NCBI GenBank assembly: GCA_036309165.1
Contig: JAXJUI010000053.1
Location: forward strand, 1,447 to 65,446
From: Agathobacter sp.
GTDB taxonomy: Bacteria > Bacillota > Clostridia > Lachnospirales > Lachnospiraceae
Length of the DNA stretch: 64,000 nucleotides
Direction: 5' to 3'
Position 1 is the first letter of the stretch. The number at the start of each line of letters is the position of its first letter. Shown here one piece after another: positions 57,151 to 64,000 of the stretch. Both the position numbers and the translations under genes were made by a program. The notes under the pieces were generated by a model that was not told the DNA's origin, did not search any database, and worked only from the letters and a program-made list of their open reading frames with translations.

Positions 57151-58053
57151 ATGGAACGAAAATTTGTATATTATATTGATAAAGAAAATGATAATAAAAT
57201 AATTGAACAGTTTTTGAAAGAACAAGGTTTTACCCATCACGCACTCGTTACCATCAAAAGAACCGATCATGGAATTTTACGAAATGGAACCTGGGAATAC
57301 ATAAACCAAAGACTTCATCTAAATGATGAACTAGTGATTCTTTTGCGAGAAAACGAACAAAGTGAACATGTGGTACCTGTAGAATTAGATCTTGATATCC
57401 AATACGAAGATGAAGATATTCTTGTTGTAAACAAACCTGCAAATATGCCAATTCATCCTTCCATTAACAACTACGAAAACACCCTTGCAAATGCAATTGG
57501 CTACTACTACAACAAACAGGGAATTCCTTTTGTATTTCGTTGTGTCAACCGCCTTGACCGGGATACAACAGGGCTCACCATTATTGCAAAGCACTCTCTT
57601 TCTGCAGGCATCTTAAGTCAAATGGTATCAAAAAGGGAAATCAAACGCACTTACATTGCTATTTGTAGTGGAAAGGTTGAATCGGAAGGAACCATTCACG
57701 CACCAATTGGACGTGTTTGCGACTCTACCATTTTGCGACAGGTAGATTTTGAAAACGGCGAAGATGCAATTACACACTATAAAAGGCTACAATACGACAA
57801 GGAAAAAAATCTATCACTTGTAAAAATTAATCTTTTAACCGGACGCACTCACCAAATTCGAGTGCATATGAAATATATTGGTCATCCTCTTATTGGTGAT
57901 TTTTTATACAACGAAGATTATACCTATATGAACAGGCAGGCTTTACATTCTTATTCTTTGGATTTTTTGCATCCCATTACAAAAGAAAAGATGGACTTCA
58001 CATCCGAGTTATTCCCGGATATGAAGTCCATCTTTCAATCGATCGAGCTCTGA
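57151..58053 (+). CDS. RluA/RluD-family pseudouridine synthase
   Basis: 'VVNKPA', 'NRLDRDTTG', 'TGRTHQIRVH', 'GHPLIGD..Y', 'QALH'. Confidence 0.95.
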   Translation: MERKFVYYIDKENDNKIIEQFLKEQGFTHHALVTIKRTDHGILRNGTWEYINQRLHLNDELVILLRENEQSEHVVPVELDLDIQYEDEDILVVNKPANMPIHPSINNYENTLANAIGYYYNKQGIPFVFRCVNRLDRDTTGLTIIAKHSLSAGILSQMVSKREIKRTYIAICSGKVESEGTIHAPIGRVCDSTILRQVDFENGEDAITHYKRLQYDKEKNLSLVKINLLTGRTHQIRVHMKYIGHPLIGDFLYNEDYTYMNRQALHSYSLDFLHPITKEKMDFTSELFPDMKSIFQSIEL

Positions 58054-58617
58054 TTTTTCATAAGGAACCTTCCCTTTTAAGATTTCATTCTTAACATAGG
58101 TGAAGGTTTCTTTTTCTCCTTTTACGGCAAGCATAAAAAGCATATATTCAAGTAATGCCGTTGTATCAGGATGCATCATATAAATATCTTTTCCACGAAG
58201 ATAATAGAGCCATGCGCTATCATCTTTATACTTTTCTTTCTGATAATTCTTCGAAGCACTCACACGATCAATAAACATTTCTGCCACATAACGAATTGGC
58301 ATTTTCATACCGCACATGCCCTTTTTTCCGTTGTTTTGCTCGCCTTCACCCGAAGAATAATCAATCCAATATTCCAGATGATGTTTATTACGTCCCTTAT
58401 GGTGTAACCATGCAGCTGAATAGCCTTTTTCTTTACGTTCAATATTGTTTGGACTCATGTTTCCTTGAAAATATTTCGCCCCAACCATAAATTCAATTGG
58501 GTTATACTTAGATAAATCATGCAATAAACCTTGCTTATATAGTCCAATCTGAAAGCACCCTTTTAATACTAACCATTTATGTCTATTAATGGTAGACAAA
58601 TGTTTCCAAAACTTCAT
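58009..58617 (-). CDS. DUF5662-like protein (HD-domain-like)
   Basis: 'HK.LV', 'LLHDLSK', 'WLHHKGRNKHH.EYW', 'EM..DR'. Confidence 0.7.
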   Translation of the reverse strand: MKFWKHLSTINRHKWLVLKGCFQIGLYKQGLLHDLSKYNPIEFMVGAKYFQGNMSPNNIERKEKGYSAAWLHHKGRNKHHLEYWIDYSSGEGEQNNGKKGMCGMKMPIRYVAEMFIDRVSASKNYQKEKYKDDSAWLYYLRGKDIYMMHPDTTALLEYMLFMLAVKGEKETFTYVKNEILKGKVPYEKSELDRLKDGLHIRE

Positions 58618-58620
58618 TTT

Positions 58621-60486
58621 CTACTCACCTCCAACTAGTATGCATATAGATTGAGGTTTCATTTCTAATACTCTTGTACATATATTTGCCTCATCAAATG
58701 AAACACATGGTTTCTCCTCATTTGCGCTATCTACAAGAAGATGCCACTTATTCTTTCCCTTTAGTTTTGGAAGTGCAAGCTTTGCTTCTCCCGAAAAGAA
58801 ATTATATGCAACATACAACTTTGTTTTCTTGTCACAGTACATTACACCAGTGCTCATTCTTCCAGAATCAATTTGTGATATCCATGCATTCTCCCCATGA
58901 TAGGACAAATCAGGATATCCAACCCCTGTTTCGTCTGTAAATGTAAACGGACTACTCTTTGCAATAATTGGATACTCTTTTCTTAATGAAATTATATTCT
59001 GTACAAAAGCTATTTCTTTTCTATGTCTCTTAGCATTTTTCCAATTAATCCATCCAATTTCATTGTCCTGACAATATGCATTATTATTCCCTTCCTGTGA
59101 ATTCAAAAACTCATCTCCGGAAAGAATCATCGGAACCCCTTGTGCAAGAAGCATCATAAGAATTGCATTTCTCCATTTTAAGCTTCGCAAATTTTTTATA
59201 TACTTCTTCTTCGTAGGACCCTCTACTCCATAATTATTGCTAAAATTCCAAGTTATTCCATCTGTATTATCTTCTCCGTTTGCTTCATTATGTCTATCGT
59301 TATACATAAAGAGGTCAGCAAGAGTAAAACCATTATTATTCGTAATATAATTTACAAATCCAAGCTCATCACTTTGCTTTCTTTGTTGATTTAAAAATTC
59401 ACCCAGATTTCCATTAAAATGGTTTAATATTTTGCGTGCTGGATAAAGATATTCATCTTTATATGAATATAAATTCTTATAGGTTCTATGACAAAGATAT
59501 GCATACTGTTCCATCTTCTCACACATTATTTTTGTTCTGCTTAAATAGACATCCTGCACAATGCTTGTAAGTGGCAATGATTCCCCAAGCAAATGAAATC
59601 CGTCCACGTGATATTCTTTCACCCAGAATCGAAGAGCATCTATCATTAGATTATGGTTTATACTCTTTGGAAAACACATTTCTAAAATGCATTCCATCTG
59701 ATTTTTATGCAATGCCCTTACCAGACTCTTAAATTCCTTATTTGCATGTTCTGTACAAGAAGCATAAGAACTCTTCACTGCAAAGTAATTGCCCTCTCCA
59801 TATCCCCAGTAATTAACTTTTTTTATTTCTTCTTCAATCTCCTCTGGAAGAATCATATCATCCTGTTCTACTTCCCATGAAATATACTCTGGCAGATTTG
59901 TTGTTTTTGGAATATACATTTCTTCAAATTCATACACGGGCATGCATTCAATAGATGTAACTCCAAGCTTCTTTAAATATGGAATCTTCTTAATTAATCC
60001 TGCAAACGTTCCACCCTGTTGTTTTTGATTTTCTAATTCTTTTGTAAATCCTCTTACATGAAGTTTATACAAAATCATCTTATCTTTTGTAATTTCAGGC
60101 TTTTTATCTTCGCCCCAGGCAAATTTATCATCTACAAACTTTGCAAATATTTCATAGTCATTTTCTTTTCGCGAAGAATCATTCCAAATCTCACGTCCAC
60201 AGATTCCTTTTGCGTAAGGATCAACAACCTTTTCTCCATTTATTACATAATAGTAATCATACGCATTCCAAGACAGTCCTGTCACATGAACAGAACGTAG
60301 TGCTCCCATACAGTACTCATTTGGTACTTCAATCACATGTCTTTCCTTTGTTTCTCGAGAAACAAGCACAATTTGACATGTATCTTCTTTTTCAGCTTCA
60401 AATGTGAAGATTACTTCATTCTTTTTGCAGGTCGTTCCAAGACCGTTGTAGTTTCCTTCTTTTATCTTTAAATTCATCGTCTTCAT
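58621..60486 (-). CDS. GlgX/isoamylase-like GH13 protein lacking catalytic residues
   Basis: 'DPYAK', 'YKLHVRGFT', 'NYWGY', 'HNEANGEDN.DG', 'QGVPMI.SGDE...SQ.GNNNAYCQDNEIGW'; catalytic motifs altered. Confidence 0.85.
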   Translation of the reverse strand: MKTMNLKIKEGNYNGLGTTCKKNEVIFTFEAEKEDTCQIVLVSRETKERHVIEVPNEYCMGALRSVHVTGLSWNAYDYYYVINGEKVVDPYAKGICGREIWNDSSRKENDYEIFAKFVDDKFAWGEDKKPEITKDKMILYKLHVRGFTKELENQKQQGGTFAGLIKKIPYLKKLGVTSIECMPVYEFEEMYIPKTTNLPEYISWEVEQDDMILPEEIEEEIKKVNYWGYGEGNYFAVKSSYASCTEHANKEFKSLVRALHKNQMECILEMCFPKSINHNLMIDALRFWVKEYHVDGFHLLGESLPLTSIVQDVYLSRTKIMCEKMEQYAYLCHRTYKNLYSYKDEYLYPARKILNHFNGNLGEFLNQQRKQSDELGFVNYITNNNGFTLADLFMYNDRHNEANGEDNTDGITWNFSNNYGVEGPTKKKYIKNLRSLKWRNAILMMLLAQGVPMILSGDEFLNSQEGNNNAYCQDNEIGWINWKNAKRHRKEIAFVQNIISLRKEYPIIAKSSPFTFTDETGVGYPDLSYHGENAWISQIDSGRMSTGVMYCDKKTKLYVAYNFFSGEAKLALPKLKGKNKWHLLVDSANEEKPCVSFDEANICTRVLEMKPQSICILVGGE

Positions 60487-60493
60487 GGTTGCT

Positions 60494-60545
60494 ATTATAC
60501 TCTTTTTCTTCAACATTTGACAATCTATTTCCCAGAAATTATAAT
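60494..60545. promoter_or_regulatory. Divergent SigA promoters with overlapping -35 elements
   Basis: Plus strand: TTGACA(60517-22)-17-TATAAT(60540-45). Minus strand: TTGTCA(60518-23)-18-TATAAT(60494-99). Confidence 0.75.
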
Positions 60546-60604
60546 TAAGATTGTTACACAGAAAAATGCCAATTTGATTAATTACTTATTTGGAGGATTT
60601 TAAG

Positions 60605-60925
60605 ATGGCAAACGATGAAAAAATTGTTCCTGTTACTGAAGATGAGGCTGATGATATTCGTGTTACTTTAGATTTAGATGATGGAACCGTTGAATGTAAG
60701 ATTTTAACTATTTTAGAGTTAAATGAAACGAACTACATTGCTTTATTACCTTTAGATGAAAATGGTAATGACAATGCTGATGGGGATGTTTATCTTTATA
60801 GGTATTTTGAAGATGAAAAAGGTCTTCCATCTATTGAACCAATCATCGATGATGAGGAATACGAAGCTATTTCTGATCGTTTCGATGAATGGTTAGATGA
60901 AATTTTATATAATGACATGGATTAA
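60605..60925 (+). CDS. DUF1292 family small acidic protein
   Basis: 'VTLDLDDG.VEC.IL.I.E....YIALLP', 'YLYRY', 'I.DDEEYE'. GGAGG SD sets the start at 60605. Confidence 0.85.
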   Translation: MANDEKIVPVTEDEADDIRVTLDLDDGTVECKILTILELNETNYIALLPLDENGNDNADGDVYLYRYFEDEKGLPSIEPIIDDEEYEAISDRFDEWLDEILYNDMD

Positions 60926-60926
60926 T

Positions 60927-62771
60927 CTACTTTTTTGATTTTTCCTTTAAGGCTGTAGACGCTTCGATGATAAATCGTGAGATATCTACAGCTTTTTTTT
61001 GATAGTATTCGACCGTACATAAATGCAGTTTTTCTTTTGCTCTTGTCATTCCTACATAAAATAGTCGTCTTTCTTCTTCTATTTCTGCTGGCAATACAGA
61101 TTTTTTGTATGGCATAACGCCTTCGATTGCATCAATAATATAGACTTCTTTAAATTCAAGTCCTTTTGCGCCATGCAAAGTGGCTATCGTTACTGCTTCG
61201 TGATTTTTTCCACCTTGTTTTGCTTGAATGTTCAATTCTTCTTCGTAGGCTTTTATATGTTCCTGCCACTTCTCAACATTTTCAAAGCCTCTTGCACCTT
61301 CCATAATCTGATCAAGGACTTCTAATAAATCTTCTTTATTCATACCCTTTTCGCTGGCATATTCCATTAAATATTCTTCATATCCTACACCATGTCGCAG
61401 GTAATTGATGGCAGCATAAGGATTCATCTTTTCCATCATTTTGATGTCATATTCTAATTTTTCGATACGTTCTTCCATCCATGGCTGTAAAGAATAAAAA
61501 TTCATCCATGCTGCAAAGTCCACTTTTTGTACTGAACTTAATGATTCTTTTGACAAATAACGAAGCGGTTTATTCATTATTTGCATAAAATCCCTTGGAT
61601 TTCGTCCTCCCTTAACGATACGAAAATACGTAAACAAATCCTTTGCTATCCAATGACTATATATACTTGGAATCCTCTCTTTTGTTTGAAATGGTACACC
61701 AAGCGAAACCATTCGTTCCATTAGAGAGCTTGGCTGATGATTGGTTCGTACCAAAATTGCAAAATCCTGATATACCGCTCCTTTTTTTACTTTTGTAGCA
61801 ATATCTCCTAAAACATAGTTGTGTTCTTCTACCTGATTTTTGAATTTATGAAATTCGACAGGTTCATTTATCAAAGACGTAGCATAAGTTTCTTTCGGAT
61901 AGCGCATTTGATTTCTCATAATAAGCTGGTTTGCAGCCGTAACAATCGCACTTGAGCATCGATAATTCTTATCCAAAACCACCTGTTTTGCATTTGGATA
62001 ATCTTTGGTAAATCCAAGCATTATCTCTGGTTTCGAACCTCTGAAATGATAGATAGACTGATCATCATCTCCTACAATAAACAAATTATTCCTTGGAGCT
62101 GCAAGCATTTTGACAATTTCATACTGAATCCAATTAATATCCTGAAACTCGTCAATCATAATATATTGATATTTATTCTGCCATGCTGCTAAAATATCTT
62201 TTCTTGCTTTTAAAAGCTCATGCGTGTACAAAAGCATATCATCAAAATCGATAAAGCGTTCGCTCTTTAGATAATTCACATAATCGGTATATATATGATG
62301 AAAAACTTTTGCACTACAAGTCGTTGAAAAGAAATTAGAAAGCTCAATTCCAGAATTCTTGATTTGGCTAATTTCTGCCAAAAGACTGGAAATACACTCG
62401 CTTTCATCCTGAAAGTCTACTTGATATTTGTATACCAGATTTCTCATAAATTGGAACCTTCGTTCTTCCGGAATAATATTATCCGCAGTAAAATGATACG
62501 CATGCTTAAGCATCATAAAAAAGACACTATGAAATGTTCCAAATGACACCTTAGCTTTGCATTTCTTTTCAAAACGATACTTCATTTCATTTGCTGCAGC
62601 CTTTGTAAATGTAATAACCAAAATATTTCCTGGATTTACATTATGTTCTTCTATTAAATTTTGTGTACGTTGGGTAATTACTGCAGTCTTACCAGAACCT
62701 GGACCTGCAAGAACAAGCATCGGGCCATCTTTATGAAAGATGGCCGTGCTTTGAGATTTGTTATAAACCAT
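60927..62771 (-). CDS. UvrD/PcrA/Rep-family SF1 helicase (short form)
   Basis: 'AGPGSGKT', 'TFTKAAA', 'DEFQD', 'VGDDDQSIY', 'TLHGAKGLEF', 'EERRLFYVGMTRA'. Confidence 0.93.
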   Translation of the reverse strand: MVYNKSQSTAIFHKDGPMLVLAGPGSGKTAVITQRTQNLIEEHNVNPGNILVITFTKAAANEMKYRFEKKCKAKVSFGTFHSVFFMMLKHAYHFTADNIIPEERRFQFMRNLVYKYQVDFQDESECISSLLAEISQIKNSGIELSNFFSTTCSAKVFHHIYTDYVNYLKSERFIDFDDMLLYTHELLKARKDILAAWQNKYQYIMIDEFQDINWIQYEIVKMLAAPRNNLFIVGDDDQSIYHFRGSKPEIMLGFTKDYPNAKQVVLDKNYRCSSAIVTAANQLIMRNQMRYPKETYATSLINEPVEFHKFKNQVEEHNYVLGDIATKVKKGAVYQDFAILVRTNHQPSSLMERMVSLGVPFQTKERIPSIYSHWIAKDLFTYFRIVKGGRNPRDFMQIMNKPLRYLSKESLSSVQKVDFAAWMNFYSLQPWMEERIEKLEYDIKMMEKMNPYAAINYLRHGVGYEEYLMEYASEKGMNKEDLLEVLDQIMEGARGFENVEKWQEHIKAYEEELNIQAKQGGKNHEAVTIATLHGAKGLEFKEVYIIDAIEGVMPYKKSVLPAEIEEERRLFYVGMTRAKEKLHLCTVEYYQKKAVDISRFIIEASTALKEKSKK

Positions 62772-62780
62772 GAATACCTC

Positions 62781-64000
62781 TTATTTAGAAAGTAATTCGA
62801 TTCCTTTTTTGATACGTGCAATAGACTCTTCTTTTCCAAGAACTTCCATAAGTTCTGTTGCACCACCTGGAGTCATCTGTTTTCCTGAAACAGCTGTACG
62901 AATTGGCCACATTACATAACCATTCTTACAACCCTTTTCTTCCACATATTTGCAAAGAGTTGCATATAAAGCATCGTTTGAATAATCATCCTGTGCTTCT
63001 AAAATTGGAAGAATTTCCTGTAACACTTCCAAAGATGTTTCTGCATTTGTTTTCATCTTTTTATGTGTATACATTTCGATATCATACTCAGGTAATTCTT
63101 CAAAGAAATCAATATGATCTTTGATATCTGTAAATACTTCTATACGAGTATGAACCATTTTTGCAATTTTTTTCAAATCATAATCTTTTGTAATTACTTC
63201 TTTGATATATGGAAGAGCCATTTCATAGAATGCATCAAAATCCATTGCTTTGATATATTCACCATTCATCCATTTAAGTTTTGTGTAATCAAATACAGCT
63301 GGTGATTTGCTCATATGATGATAATCAAATTTTTCAATCAATTCATCTAATGACATAATCTCTGTATTGTCCGATGGGCTCCATCCTAATAAAGCAACAA
63401 AGTTAATAATTGCTTCTGTTAAAAATCCCTGCTCTAACAAATCTTCAAACGAAGAATGTCCACAACGCTTTGAAAGCTTATGATGTTCTTCATCTGTAAT
63501 AAGTGGACAATGAACATAAACTGGAACTTCCCATCCAAACGCCTCGTATAAACGATTGTATTTTGGTGATGATGATAAGTATTCATTACCACGTACAACA
63601 TGTGTAATTCCCATCAAATGATCATCTACAACGTTCGCAAAGTTGTATGTTGGATATCCATCTGATTTAATTAAAATCATATCATCAAGCTCTGCATTAT
63701 CTACTGTGATATCACCATAGATTTCATCCGCAAAAGTTGTCGTTCCTTCTGTTGGGTTATTCTGACGAATAACATATGGAATTCCAGCAGCAAGTTTCTC
63801 TTCTACTTCTTCTTTTGAAAGTGATAAACAATGTTTATCATAAATAGAAATTTCTTTTCCTGCTACTGTTGTTTTTAAACTTTCTAATCTTTCTTTATCA
63901 CAGAAACAGTAATATGCTTCACCTTTTTCTACAAGTTTCTTTGCATATTCGAGATAAATACCACTTGCCTGACGTTCACTCTGTACGTATGGACCACATC
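62781..64000 (-). CDS. gltX: Glutamate--tRNA ligase, 5'-truncated by window edge
   Basis: Reading frame extends to the window edge ('GPYVQSER'); '[14 protein letters not shown]', 'RGNEYL', 'KLSKR'. Confidence 0.96.
   Translation of the reverse strand, partial: CGPYVQSERQASGIYLEYAKKLVEKGEAYYCFCDKERLESLKTTVAGKEISIYDKHCLSLSKEEVEEKLAAGIPYVIRQNNPTEGTTTFADEIYGDITVDNAELDDMILIKSDGYPTYNFANVVDDHLMGITHVVRGNEYLSSSPKYNRLYEAFGWEVPVYVHCPLITDEEHHKLSKRCGHSSFEDLLEQGFLTEAIINFVALLGWSPSDNTEIMSLDELIEKFDYHHMSKSPAVFDYTKLKWMNGEYIKAMDFDAFYEMALPYIKEVITKDYDLKKIAKMVHTRIEVFTDIKDHIDFFEELPEYDIEMYTHKKMKTNAETSLEVLQEILPILEAQDDYSNDALYATLCKYVEEKGCKNGYVMWPIRTAVSGKQMTPGGATELMEVLGKEESIARIKKGIELLSK

Noticed and set aside
60525..60541. 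CodY box in the DUF1292/pseudo-GlgX promoter
   Set aside because: About five mismatches to the 15-bp consensus; not distinguishable from AT-rich background.

Overview
AT-rich chromosomal core segment of a motile, probably spore-forming Clostridia bacterium. Gene content and order point to Lachnospiraceae (inference). Almost all genes lie on the minus strand. Read in transcription order (right to left): gltX (partial), a PcrA/UvrD helicase, DUF1292 (+), a GlgX-like protein lacking catalytic residues plus an HD-like DUF5662 gene, an RluA-family synthase (+), sigK, comM-dprA-topA-codY, a ~34-kb flgB-to-fliA flagellar/chemotaxis locus with four tail genes, rpsB-tsf, a degenerate polysaccharide deacetylase plus bactofilin pair, pyrH-frr-uppS-cdsA-dxr-rseP-ispG-polC, two GNAT acetyltransferases with cassette-like flanks, and a partial DUF5050-like gene (+). 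I found no rRNA, tRNA, CRISPR array, transposase or integrase. Best leads: (1) a structured 109-nt flgE leader with an anti-SD alternative, directly behind a TIGR02530 protein carrying a RelE/DUF4258-like signature; (2) a bactofilin plus pseudo-deacetylase module; (3) a catalytically dead GlgX paired with an HD-like protein; (4) NrdR-box-like motifs at two flagellar promoters; (5) a SweD/SweC-like pair at the end of the flagellar operon; (6) a SigK with neither pro-peptide nor skin element. All family assignments come from motif recognition by eye, with no database search.
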